64,000 nucleotides of DNA from assembly GCA_004022145.1 (NCBI GenBank), contig RCNU01000009.1, one strand, 5' to 3'. Within the stretch, counting starts at the first letter, position 1, and each line of letters opens with the position of its first letter. The notes under the pieces were generated by a model. It searched no databases and was not told the origin of the DNA. It saw nothing but the letters and a program-made list of their open reading frames with translations. Made by a program: the position numbers and the translations under genes. Of the stretch, positions 30,282-43,258 are shown piece by piece. This DNA comes from Paecilomyces variotii (taxonomy: Eukaryota).

Positions 30282-31752
30282 TGACAGGAGAAAGTGTCAT
30301 GCACAAGACACACTAGCTGGGTATTATTGACTGCAATGCACTGTGCCGTTCCTGTACACCTGGGCGCCAGGGAGGAGTCGCAAAGGGCAGGGCAGACAAA
30401 ATGGAATAATGGAGATATGTGGGAATGATGCTGGGAGATAACGTACCCTCTTTTTTTTTCCCCTTTACAACAGACCCGCTGGCGTTTGTGACGCAAAGGA
30501 GGACTATTATTATACAGGGCAAGGGAGCGAAAAAAATGGAAAAGCAGCAGGACGGTCGAATATTGTACTGTCCCAGGAAATTTTGAATGCAGTCTTCGTA
30601 TGATTGATTCTTATAATGACTGCCTCAACGCCTCTCGCGTCTTAACCCCGGATCAGAGGAGGGAAATGTAAGATCAAATCAGCTGTCGAAGCGTTCGTTG
30701 GAGGGCTTCGTGGACGGCTTCGTTTGAATGTTCGCTTTCAGAAAGGCCTGTTCTTCAACCCGGGGGCAAGCGGATGCGGAGAAGGGTCAGTGGCAATTCC
30801 GGGTACGCGGGTTTCGATGATGACAACCTTGAACCCAGAGCGAACTTGGCGATAGCACTGGTCGCTGATGGTCCCTGACGCCGAACCGTTCGTTATGATT
30901 ATGGACGAACTAGCTGCCACGATGACGTCTCGGGCGAAGGGAGATCCTGGGGCCCCGGTGGGGAGTCACGTGGGGGACAAACTTCTTTCTAGAATCGCCG
31001 AAGCGCCGACTGGGGAACGAGTCTTTGCCGAATCTCGACCGCTCGGCCGATCTGACTGCGTTTGCCTGCAGCGGACATGACGATGAGCTGTACGAACGCA
31101 GTTAGATGCTACACCGGAGGACCCATTATTATTATTATTCGATTCGACCACACGCTACGTGACGAGAATGGCTCATGTTACGTATTATTCAGTCGCGAGG
31201 GAAAGCACTGCATATTCGTGACAAAGAACGAGCAACGAGCTCGGACATTTTAGCTAGACAATATAGACAGACGAAGCGAAGATGAACAGAACCATACGTC
31301 ACACATCAACCCGGACAATCCCCCGGCCGTCCCTGGATAGGCTTGGGCTGGTCACTGGTGGATGAATCCCCATGGGGGAGCCTCCGCCAAGTCTTGGCTA
31401 GGCACCTAGAACGGCGGCCGGGCGACCCTGTCGCGAAAGACGTTTCAAGACGCATGCCACACACAAAAAAGCTATGAGATGTGAAGACAAAAGATGTATA
31501 TCCACTGGAGATCTGGCGGCCAGCTTGCGCATACGCCGGAGACGAGATATGTTATTGGCAGTTGACGAGGCTCGCCTGCGGTCCAAATACTGATTCATGC
31601 AGGGTGTCCAGACACAGACCGGAACATCCTGGTACCCCCGAGAATAAATACGTGCCAAGAATGTGAACAACTGAAGGCTATGTATACCGAACTCGAGCGC
31701 AAGAACGAGAGGAGCGGGCCATCATGCAATGACGGCCTCAGGCCTGAGCAGT

Positions 31753-32838
31753 CTATGCGACAGCGTAGAAAGCGTGACCCAGAGGCCTGGCAATGTTGTC
31801 GGAGTACTCGCCCGCATAGTTTCCTAGGATCCAAGGTTAGTATCCGTGGTGCTCAGCTATCTCAACAGAAAAGGTGTCAAGACTCACCTGCAGGGCTGTA
31901 GTTGCAAACAGTGAAAGGAATGGGGCCATCCGAATCGACGTTCTGCAGAGTGTTGCAGACCTTGGTGTAGCAGCCAACCTCCTTGGTGCCCTTCCACACG
32001 ATCTGAGAGAAGTGGCCCCACTTCTCAAAGTTGGTCATGTCCGGGTTCGCCTCGCCGTACAGGTTGTTGAAGTAGTCGAACTCATCGTTGTACATCAGGT
32101 TGGTGATCATCATGCCGATATTCTGCGCGGAAATACCGTAACCGATGTTCTGACCGTAGCCACCACCACCGATCTGACTATAGCCAAGTTAGTCCAATTC
32201 TCCTTGCTGACATCTTCATCCCAGGCAACTCACGTGTTGTGCTCGTACACACAGCCGTCAGCCAGCTGCTGAGCAGTCGACTCAAGGTCCGTCGACCAAG
32301 CAAGGGCGGAAGCGGAGTGGTTGGAACGGTGGATGTTGTGGTTCTCCAGGATCATCGCCTGGTAGTCGTCGTTGGTGCTGGACTGGCTGGGGGCAGCAGA
32401 CGAGGTGGTAGCAGAAGAGGTGGTAACAGGAGCCGCGCTGGTGGTGGACGAAGTAGTAGGGGCCGGAGCGGTGGTGACCTCGGAGGAAGAAGAAGTCGTC
32501 GCAGGCTGGGGGGCTGCAGTTGTCGTGGTAGGCTCCGGAGCAGGAGCAGGAGCAGAGGTCGCAACGGGGTCAACCTCAGTTGCGGATGTCTGAGAAGACG
32601 TAGCAGTCACGGTGTACTCGTAGGCGGAGGTCACAGTCGTAGCTTGCTCCTGAGGCGCAGGCTCAGCGGCTTGCTTCTGCTCCACTGGAACGGGAGCTGC
32701 AGTGGCAGCCTGCTCTCCTCCAGTGACAGTGCTGGTGACCGTGACGATGCTGAGATCAGTCTCGTAAACACGCTTCTGGAGCGGCGAGCCCATGGCGCCC
32801 ACGGCGCAGAGAGCGCCGATAAGAACTGCGGCGCGCAT
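31753..32838 (-). CDS. Secreted CAP/SCP/PR-1 family protein with Ser/Thr-rich linker
   Basis: Signal peptide MRAAVLIGALCAVGAMGSP plus KR site; HNIHRSNH..LAW, YGQNI, WGHFSQIVWKGTKEVGC, FTVCNYSPAGNY. Two introns; TAG at 31753-31755. Confidence 0.92.
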
Positions 32839-35406
32839 TTTGTGATGGTGGTTTAGAAATGTTTTGACTATATCAGGGAATGACGGAGTTGTTCAGGGAT
32901 CGACTGGCAGGGCTTCCACAGGAAGTAGTTCGAATGCGACAGATACAGCTGTATAAGGAAAGACCAGAGTCCTGGATTGATTTTCCGAATCTTTTGCGAT
33001 ATTGCTCAGAAACCGATGGACTGGGAGACCGTGACTGACGCAGATCGACTGCTTGTTTGTTGGAGAGGCTGATGGACGAAAGCAAAAAGGAGTGACTGCT
33101 TCTGAAGCACTTTTGAAAGAGTGAAAAAGCGTACAAGAAGCGAGGCCGCGAGGAAGAAGAGCCGACAACGAAAGAAAGTCTTCTCGCAGAGACGAAGAGA
33201 GGTTGTAGATGAAGTCGCGCCAGGCAAGTGGGAAAGGGGAAAGGAACGGGAGCCGGGGCCCAAATGGCGGGACCGCTACGATATAGGGATGCGATATAAC
33301 GCGCTGTAATTTGCCGTGAAACCAGACGAGGAGCAATGGCCAATATGACACCGGCTTTGGTGCCGAACAAGCTCACGTTTAGTATAATTGCTGTTGAACC
33401 TGACGTCCGTTGGTGATATTCTCTCCAGAGTCCAGACATCCTCCTCCGTCCGGGGTGCTTCGTTTTGTATATGCGCCGGGATGCGCCCTTCCACGAAGCA
33501 ATATCACTCACTTCTCCTCCCGATGGGAACTGCCAGCATTCACATTCTGCTTGTCTACTCGTAGTCTCGTACATACTCGTGTACGGCGGGGTTATCACCA
33601 TCCTGCTCCCCGGCGCGACCACAGGTTGAGCGTGTAGCGAGAGCTACATGCCACCCGCGTAGATAGTGGACACACGCGCGATGCCTGGGAGACAGCCACC
33701 CGAATGCATTTTCAACCTGCTGGATCTCTCGTCCCAGGGCACTGTGGAGCCGCTGGATCTCAGATTCACCATTGCCCCTTGCCCTGCAGCGACAGCCAGT
33801 CGCCAGCAGCCACGGAGGGAGAATCAATTTCGCTGGTGGACACTATGATGGGGTGGCGGACGTTTTGGCGCGGGCGATCTGTGCTGGTGAGAGCGTTCAA
33901 CGACTCCAACCCCTGGCCTAGCGCGATGTCGATGCAGCCGTGCCAGGCACGATGGCGCTGTCATTTGGCGAGAAGGTCAAGCTAGCTGGCGCTGGACCCC
34001 TCATCTCCGTGATTTGAAGGGATATCCCGAGCGGTGCATCCACCAGGGCTGGCTCTCGAAGATCTTGGTCGAAAGATTGTGATGGACGCAGTACAGATGT
34101 ACTACTACTGAGATATGTTTGTCGTTTGTTATTGCGGTTCCTGGCGTTGGAACAAACAGCTTCATGAAATCATGTTTCTCAGCCAAACAATTCTACCATC
34201 CTAGCTTTGCCTCTGTTTAATTATGTGACTCTAACTAACTAGCTACTGTAATACTTACTTAAGCGCCAGGTCCATGCCCAATTTCCCAAGGCACGCACCA
34301 CCATGTCGGAGTTGTTGTTCCGCGGCTTCTCGGATGGCCAGACAGACTGTTCCAGACCGTTCTGATCGAGCAATTTCTCTCATCTACCTTCTCTCATCGT
34401 AAAACGATACTAATAAACAGTATTACTATTACCATTAACTACCATTACTCAACCAAGTTAGGTAGAAGGATCAAGATGCGATCCTCATCCCAGATCCTGC
34501 AGAAACAATTGGCTATCTCCCTCTCCAAATTCTCCGCAGGACAAGGACATTAGGTACCATACTTGCGTATATCGAATGCCACATTTACGCCATCTCATAG
34601 CACTCAATATATCTTAGTCGTTTCAGATCGTATGACTGTCCAGATTCGATTCGCAAACAACCAATCGACCTCCACGGCACCAAAAAGCCGCATCTGATCC
34701 AGTTCGAAGTTCGATGAAAAAAACAAACAACGTGAAACACGGTCCACTTGGCTGTCCCAAAGTTGGAGAAAGTATCAGAAATCCAATTGTGCGGTTTACA
34801 AGTCTTTTTTCTTTCGCCGCCTCCCGCTCTGCTCCTTCGGCAGCCAACGGGTCCAGCCGTTCCGGGCTATGGGACCAGTTCGACAATTCCTCTCAGGAAT
34901 GGAAACACGAACCAGAGAACGTTTGGAAGCGGTTCAACAACGAGCAGAAACAAACCACCATCAAGCAAGGTGTATGATATATTATTGTTTACCTACTCTA
35001 GATACTCGCTCTGACCAGCGTTCTCTGAAATAGTAATACGTAGTAAGAATAAATAACTAACTAACTAGCTACGAACACACAGTCCGTGTCCAACCCGCAC
35101 ATCCAGCAATAGATAGTATAGTGTGCAGATCAATCGATCTCGATCATCCAAGATCTACAGTACATCGTTCGATCAAGGCGGCCTGATTTTCAGAGCTTGA
35201 CTAGGACCTCCTCGATTCTTCGACTCATATCCATAACTTATCTACTGTAGAAAACCACCCATCATCCATCCATCCATCAATTCTTCCTCTAGAATTCCAA
35301 CAATCTTAGCTTTCTCAGAGACATACATATGTATCTTATTTCCCCCTCATTCCAATCCGTGGCACACTCCACGTGCTCTCAGTCACATTTAGAGTACGTA
35401 GATTAT

Positions 35407-35447
35407 GTACATACTACATACTACATACTACATACATACTACGTACT
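35407..35447. repeat. (TACATAC)n / TACA simple repeat
   Basis: tacatactacatactacatactacatacatactac is directly visible. Confidence 0.7.
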
Positions 35448-36341
35448 ATATAAAAAAACAAGACCCATCAATGACGTCGAAAGGAATGTATGAAAAAGTT
35501 CGCCTTTATCGCGTCTCGTTACCTTCTCTCTCCCCCGCCGCCGGGAAGATTATGTATGGGATCTACCGTAAGTAATGCTAACGCTAACTATGTATCTCCA
35601 CTCCTTGCAAATTGATCGTCTGTCGCGTAGTGCACGGAGTAGAAGCAAAAGCAAGCAAGCGATTCTGTAACATACCAGATATCCTACCATAGATAGATAG
35701 GTACATCGGTTTTTCCCCGCTTCCCAACCTCCTTTCTTTCGTCTGCTAGCCCTTCCTTATCAGTGGCGTATCTAGGATGACGGATTGGAGGGAGGGGTCC
35801 GTTATCGATCTCATATCGCTTCTTATGCTGTGGCATTCCAGGCATTTGGTTCTCAATGGGCTGGAGATGCTGCTGCTCTCTACTCTGGGTTGTGTTTCGT
35901 GTCGTCTGGTTACATGTACTGTATGTGGTATGAAGATGGGAGTTGAAGTTGATTCTATTCCTGTCCTTGATCGGTTGAGGGGAGCGACGAGGACTGAGAG
36001 AGACAGCAGCATGTAGGTAAGTCATAAAGATAAATGTCAAGATAAATGTCATTGGTGGAGCATGCATAAATATTCCGCAAGACAGACCTTCTAAAGTAGT
36101 CAAAGAAACCTCCATCTATGATGCTGAGATAGTAAATACAAAAATGTTACTCAAACAGATATAGCGACAAAATAAATCGCAATCCAATGCAATGCACACC
36201 AAACACCACTCAAAAATGCTCCAATCGCGCCACCATCGCAGCGCCTCGCCATAATGAACTGAACTAGATCCTTTTTTTCGACCTTCCCTTCTTTTTTTTT
36301 TCCTTTTCTTTTTTCCTCGCGCCCGGTTTCGCCCTTCAGCA

Positions 36342-38882
36342 TCATACATCGATCGTCCGACAGCTGCCGGTTTCGCAAACCAGCAAGAAGTTCTTCGGCG
36401 GCTGGCCCGGCTTTAGGTCCTTGAAGAGCGGATTCATCCCCTTCAGCCATATAGATGTGTTCGAAGCCATATCTTCCACGAAGGCGGGCCGGATGTCTAA
36501 GAGGGACACTGCAGCGGTCGATGTGGACGTCGCTGGTCCTGCTTCGTCTCGGGCTTTCTTGATCAACAAGTCTCGGGCGGAGACCGGCTCGTCGGATTTG
36601 CTGACCACTCCATCTCCACGTGGGATGGCGGACGAGGTGATATCTGCCGTGGATAAGATACCGGCAACGGTTCGGACACCGAGGTCTAGTCCGACCACGA
36701 CATCGAGGAGTCCCACAAAGAGGAACGGATGCTGCATTATCTCAACCGAAAATGCATTACACGTCTCGCGTGCAAGCTTGCGGTAGCTCTCTTCCTCGAG
36801 CAGCGCTGACAGGCGAAGAAGGTTCCGTGCGATGACCCCATTCACGGATGGCGTCGCAGCTTCCGTGCCTCCTTTAAGACGGAGGATAGGCCCAGGAACT
36901 CCCGGCGTCATATTTGCCGGCGTCGTGTAATAACCAGCAGACGAAGAATCAGGGCCCTCAGCGATGAAGTGTGTGTTGAGGTATTCTAGAAACTTGTCAG
37001 CAACCCATCAGGAAGGACGATATGAAAGTAGACTCACGTTGCAACTGCTGCGCAAACTGTAGGTAGCTGTCATCGAAGGTAGCTTCATACAAATGAAGAA
37101 GGCCTTCTGTTAGGTATGCATAATCATCTGCGAATCCTGGAGTATCTCCCCTGCTACCGTCGCGGTAAATGCGCCACAGTTGACCTGTCCTCTTCTCGAA
37201 GAGATTACCCTTGATGAAATTAACAGCTTTTACTGCTGCATCTCTACATTGGACCGCCCTTGCGTTGTCAAACTCGTCCAGTAGTATACTACACTTGGCG
37301 AGTGCGCCAATCGCAAGTCCGTTCCACGCGACAATGATTTTGTCGTCTAGATCAGGACGGACACGGGTCTTATCCCGGTATTCGCGGAGCTTTTGCCGCC
37401 CGGACTTGATGATCTTGACAACCTCCTCTTCGCTCAACCCGAAGTCTTTGGCTAGTTTGCTCGGGGTCACCTTGACAGAAAGGACGTTTTGATTCATGAA
37501 CTCATCGTGCGGGTCATTCTCAGGAGCGACGTTGCCATCCGGAAGGACGCCCCAGTGACGGGCACACACGCCAGCGTCTCGCTGCCCAAGAACTTGCTTG
37601 AACTCCTTCAACGTCCACACGTAAAAGGCACCCTCCCGTTTCTCTGTGTCGTTGGGGGTTGGGAAACTGTCAGCGTCCTCGGATGAGTAGAAACCGCCGG
37701 CTGCAGATTGGAGAGGAGGGCTCGTCAGATAAGTGACGAGATCATAGATGGCACCCAGTAACTCCGGTTCAGCCGTCACCCGAAATGCATCCACGTACAC
37801 ATCCAAGAGCTGTGCTTGATCATAGAGCATCTTCTCGAAATGGGGAAGGCCCCAGTCAGCCGTGACACTGTACCGCGCAAAGCCATGTCCGATATGATCG
37901 CGGATTCCTCCCCGAGCCATCTTAATGAGCGTATTAACCGCCATCGCCGTCGCCTGGGCGCATTCCGTCTCACCCACAATATCAGAGACCGCACTAGGAT
38001 ATAAACCAAGTCGTAGAAGGAAGCTTAGATTTGCTGGAGTGGGAAATTTTGGTGCTCTCGAGAATCCACCATTGGCAGAGTCGTATCTGGAGGCAAAGTG
38101 CTGGTAGGCTTCTTCCAAGAGCTCTATCTCCAGATCCTCGTCAGCCTCGCGAGGCTCATGCTGAGAATGTGTCCCTTCCTCCGCGAATTCCTTCAGCTGC
38201 CTCGTGATTTCCTTGGCACTCTCCAGACACCTTTGTTGTTGTGTCTGCCAAACGTCTCGAAGCTTTTCGAGGATATCTACGAAGCCGATGGGGCCATCTA
38301 CACTCCCACGAGGAGGAAGCGAGCTTGAGTTGGGTCCAGGCCAGTACGTGCCTCCAAACACGGGTTCGAGGTCCGGTGTCAGGAAGACGTTCAGTGGCCA
38401 GCCTCCAGAACCTGTGGTGGCCTGCACGTAGTTCATGTACACGTCGTCGACATCTGGTCTCTCCTCTCGGTCCACCTTAATAGGAATGAACGACTCGTTC
38501 AAGATCGCGGCTACCTCCGGAGACATGAACGATTCCTTTTCCATAACGTGACACCCTGGCAGTCTGTTAGTTTTCTGCTTGAGCATCTCATTCGGGGAAT
38601 TTGACAACGGACAGTGACATGCCGAATAGCCGATGCTCAGAAAGATCAGCCTGTTGTATCTCCTCGCCAAATCAATTGACTGCGAGTCCCAAAGCTGCCA
38701 GGCAACTGGATTGTGCATATGGCCTCTGACCTGTACGAGAGTGAGTGTGGCGGTTACACACAGCGGCCAACCGGGCTACTCACGTATGGTGACCTGCTTT
38801 CATGGAGCCGATTGACCAGGTTGGGCCCTTGTCCCGTTCCACCGCCTGGGTTGTCGATCTGCATGCTGGATAGAGTTGCCAT
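36342..38882 (-). CDS. YyaL/SPATA20-like protein (DUF255 thioredoxin-like domain plus alpha/alpha-barrel)
   Basis: NRLHESRSPYV..HMHNPVAWQ, spliced GYSACHWCHVMEKESF, IKVDREERPDVD, GGWPLNVFLTP, GFARYS..PHFEKMLYDQA, DDKIIVAWNGL, ATPSVN. Confidence 0.92.
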
Positions 38883-39581
38883 ATTCTTCTCTCCTTGTCA
38901 GTCGCCGGTTCCACGCGATCGTCTACAGTGTCTGGGACAGATAACAAGCAGCTATCACACAATGGTCGCGATGCGACGAGCACCGCAATTCTGGGAAGGG
39001 GCGTGGGGCAGATGAAGCACCCGTTAGTTAGTAATGCGACGGATCTGGAAGGCAGCCGCGGATGATGAGGCAGCTTCTCAGTCAATCACGGATGAAATTC
39101 GCAGCGCGCTCAGATTGTCTCTTTGAAGCTGCACAAACGACGTCTGAGAAACCAAGAGATCAGCCTCGAGACCGGCTCGTTATCGGACTGGCAAGGGAGT
39201 ATGTTAGTAGTTACTAGTATGTGTATGGAATATCGGATGTGGAGCCCGAGTCGGCCGGTCGATCGACGGCATGCGGGCGTCATTGTTAGTAACTGACATC
39301 AGGCACTCGTCACGTGGGTCAGCGTCGGCAGTATCGTAGTATCGTAGTATTCTAGTGTTAATATTCTAGTGTTCTAGTATTCTAGTATATTATAGTATGG
39401 ATTACTATTTATTTACTGCGATCTGGATGCAGGTTGCAGACTTATCAAAGACACTCCCGTCCGCGGGTATACGATCTTGCTATGTACTCGGTAGGTACGC
39501 GGGATACTTACTTATTTACCGGGGAGTTCCCGTACGCTCATCACATCATCTATCATCAAGAACAATATCCACTGAACCAAC

Positions 39582-40873
39582 TCAATCGTCATCCGCCATC
39601 AGTTCTGCAAGCTCGCGTTCCTCCTCCTCTGTGAGCATGGATTCCTGCTGAGGCGCTTCCTCACCCTCCGGCTTCTTTTTCTGGGACTCTTCCTTTGCCC
39701 GTTGGAGATCATCCGGTTTCAGGGACCATTGTCGGATCGTAGCATCAATGCTGACACTGACTACAGTAGTTCCGACAAGAAGCAGCCCAGTCACCTCCTC
39801 AAAGTGACCGGAGAATGTATGATAGAGCTCGCCCGTCTAAGCGTGTTAGGGGTAGTGATCATTCAAGAAGAGGGATAGAATAGAACATACCGCTTTATTC
39901 CACACTCGAACTTCTTCGTCTCTGCATGCTGTGATGACCCATGGGTCGTGAACCACAACATCCCTGACAAAGTCTGGATGCTGAAGAACCAGATCCGGTT
40001 TCCAGTCACTATCCCGGATGAGACATTTCGCAGTCTTGTCGGCAGACGCTGTCCATAGATCGCCGTCAGCGTCAAAAAACAGCTTGTAAACGCTGGTTTC
40101 ATGCGCAAGTAGAGCGTCCGCGTCGCTCAAATCACCTGTATGAGGAGGGATATTGAAACGGCGAATCTCCCGATTACTTCCAGCGCTAAAGAGGACCAGC
40201 TTGGAGCCATCAGACTCGAGAGAAACTGGGTCAATGGCTAGATCCTGGATTCCCCGAGCATGTCCCTTGAGGACGTGAAGCCGAGAGCCGCTGGCGATGT
40301 CGAAAACGATAATCTCTGCGTCAGATCCGCCGGATATGAGGACATCCTGGCCTCCGACTCTGGCAGCAGTAACAGACTTCACAAAGTCAGCGTGGCCCTG
40401 ATATCGGGTCCTTGGCTGTCTGGTAGCAATATCCCAGCTCCAGACTGTTTTGTCCCAGGACCCCGCAAAGAGTAGTTTCCCGTCAGGGCTGAAACAAAGA
40501 CTGGTAACAGGCGCAGTTGGCCCTCTGAACACAGCGTCACTTTCACCAGTCTATGCATGTGGTCAGATCAGCTGTATCCTCTTCTCTTCAGGGACACCGC
40601 GCTCCTACTTCTAATGCAACCCTCCTCACTGCACCGGCGCTTTCTGCCACATACACGAAGCCATTCCTCGTAGGATCCGCGGCCACAGCAAGAATCTTAC
40701 TCTGCAGTCTTATGGGATTCCCTGCGGTGTTGCGAGATTTCGCGGCCTTCCTATCACTTTCCTCGAGAGAGGCGCTGGACGATGAATTAGTACTAGCTCT
40801 ATAAAATAAGCGAGAGGCGGTCGCTAACGGACGTAGTCTGGAAAAAATCGTCTCGATGCGCGGAGCGAGACAT
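39582..40873 (-). CDS. WD40-repeat protein of unknown function
   Basis: ATG at 40873 (MSRSAHRDDFFQT), GSWDKTVWSWD, GHADFVKSV, GHARGIQDL, SADKTAK, SIDATIRQW; C-terminus LTEEEERELAELMADDD. Three introns. Confidence 0.85.
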
Positions 40874-41228
40874 CCTGAAGCAGCACAAAGGTCGATGTTG
40901 GTTGACACAGAGATGAAAGCCCACTTGGTATACGCAAGGAAACGTTTCCCTTGGTAAATAATTATTAATGACCAGTGTATACGCGCTTAGGCCGCACTAG
41001 TCCGTGTAGCTAAAGGTCCAACTATCTATCAATCAACCATTCCGGAACCGTGTCTCCAGACTGCTTGGCTGGTCTCTGCCGCCTGCCGTAGCACCGGTTC
41101 ATTTTGACCACAAACAGCTCAGCCCGAATTTGAACTCTCCATCCTTACTACACCTTCACGATTCCCACTTTCTTTCTTTTCCTTTCTCTCACCCCCTTCA
41201 CCCGCGCGACTTCGCGCAATCCGCCACC

Positions 41229-43258
41229 ATGGACATGAACCATCTAATAGGGTCAGTCTCTCGGATTCGCTGCGTGTGAATCTGGCATTGTGCGGCTGGG
41301 CTCGAGCTGACAGCAGGCAGTCAACGGTTCAACCTCATCTCCAAGAGTGACATCCGGTATGCTTACCTATTGGACTTCCATTCGCAATAGCACCTTTTAC
41401 TGACGATTCCTCCAGTTATGTGGGCACATTACATGAGATTAACCCCGAAGCTTCCACGATTGCCCTCGAGAATGTCATCTCTCATGGCACGGAAGGGCGA
41501 CGTGGAAACCCCGCAGAGGAGATCCCTGCGTCCACAAGTGTTTATGAATACATTGTCTTCCGAGGCAGCGATGTAAAAGACATCAGTGTAGCAGAGGACA
41601 ACAAGGAGAACAACCAGCCTGAGCCTCCTCAGGTGCCAAATGACCCTGCCATTCTAGGGGTAAGTCTCTGTCTCGTCCCTCCCAGCCTCACAATTTCCTT
41701 TTAATGGGATATCCCCTGGTCATATGATGAATCATTTCGGATGTAAACACAGACCTGTTCTGAATGCGCAAATCCTTGTTGATATTTCCGTTGCCTTCCT
41801 TCTGATGACCTCCATCCACATAACCTATGACTATCTGTTTCCATATGTTGCGACCTATGCTGACCTTTATTGAAGAGCATGTCCCGTCCAGGGCCTCCTC
41901 AGGCTCTGCCCCGGCCTCAGCAGCCCCAACAGTCTCCAGGCCCTCGCCAGCCTCCTCCTGGCTATCCTCAGCAACCGCAATTTCAAGGTTTCTATCCTCC
42001 TTATGGTCAGCGCTTTGGCCCCCCTGGTTACCCTCCTGGTCCGGGTTTCCCGGGTATGCCTTACGGTGCACCACCAGGATGGTATCCCCCTCCCGGGCAG
42101 GGTTTCCCTCAGCCACCAGGCCAGTTCCCACCCCAAATGCCGCTTGGAGCTCCGGGTCAGCGACCTGTTGGCCCCCGTGCTCCTGGAACACCCGGTTCTG
42201 CCCCTTCCATTCCTCAACCCACTTCTGAACTCCCAGGTGGTGACAAGGCCTCAAGCAAGCCTGTGACACCTGCTCCTGGCCAGGGCGCTGCCCCTCCACC
42301 GCCAGTAGAGTCGAAGCCCTCTGTGGCTGAGGCCGTCCAGGCTTCTGCGAAGCCCACCTCTGGACCTGCCCCTTCTGCTGCAGCTGGCCCCGCCACTCCA
42401 TCTAAAGTGCCACCTAATGGTCCTAAGAGTGGTCGGGTTGTCCCGGCTATTCCTCTTGCGAATCCTTCCGTGAAGCCAGTCATCCCGGCAGTGCCTAACA
42501 TCCCTGCTGGTAATGCTGCATCTCAGAGCTCGGCACAGGCTGCCATCACTGAAGCCACTCGCGCTGCGACTGCTGCTGTGGCTGCTGCCATGGCTAAACT
42601 GCCTCAGCCAAACGCGCAGAATAAGCCCCAGCAGACCAACGCTGCTGTTGACAACCTCACTAAGAAGATGAGTGAGGTCAAGGTTGACGGTAGCAACCGT
42701 GGCCAGCGCGGTGGATACCAGAATGCCAGAGGCGGACGTGGTGCTCACCGCGGACAGTTCCAGGGGCAGACCAAGAAGGTTGAGGTCCCAACTACCGACT
42801 ATGATTTCGAGTCTGCGAATGCCAAGTTCAACAAACAGGATCTCCTCAAGGAGGCTATTGCTTCCGGCTCTCCGGTGGCTGAGCCTGAAGACCATGTCAA
42901 CGGTACTGCTGAGGCGCAGACGGGGGCAGATGGCGCTGCTACTCTCGCCCAGGCTGCTTATAACAAGAAGTCGTCTTTCTTCGACAATATCTCTAGCGAA
43001 AGCCGTGACCGCGAGGAAGGCACCGGCAGAGGCCGGGAATGGCGTGGCGAGGAAGAGAAGAGGAACATCGAGACTTTCGGCCAGGGAAGTGTCGATGGCT
43101 ACCGTGGTGGATACAGAAACCGCGGTCGAGGAAGAGGCTACGGAGGCCAAAGAGGCCGAGGTGGCTACAACCGGGGCTATAACAACGCTCGTGGACGCGG
43201 CGGTATCAGGGGCGGTCGTGGTGCTTCTCAAGCCACCGGCGTTCCTACACAAAGCTAG
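41229..43258 (+). CDS. SCD6: Lsm14/Scd6/Sum2 decapping activator and P-body protein
   Basis: Lsm domain (LISKSDIRYVGTL..GTEGRR..YEYIVFRGSDVKDI), DYDFESANAKF (DFDF), SSFFDNIS (FFD), NIETFG (TFG) and RGG tail. Introns include 41660-41876. Confidence 0.93.
41718..41810 (+). ncRNA. Intronic box C/D snoRNA with two 18S rRNA guides (snR56-like and snR52-like targets)
   Basis: Terminal stem GGTCA(41718)/TGACC(41810); C box ATGATGA 41724-41730; D' CTGA 41760-41763; C' TGTTGA 41777-41782; D CTGA 41802-41805. D' guide CACAGACCTGTT complements 18S AACAGGUCUGUG. D guide GTTGCCTTCCTT complements 18S AAGGAAGGCAGC with one G-U pair. Confidence 0.9.

Noticed and set aside
34714-34977. 87-aa plus-strand intergenic ORF
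   Set aside because: No motif, homology cue or convincing splice structure.
39062-39147. ATGATGA ... CTGA spacing resembling a second C/D snoRNA
   Set aside because: No terminal stem and no recognisable rRNA-complementary guide; lies antisense in the YyaL-like gene's upstream region.
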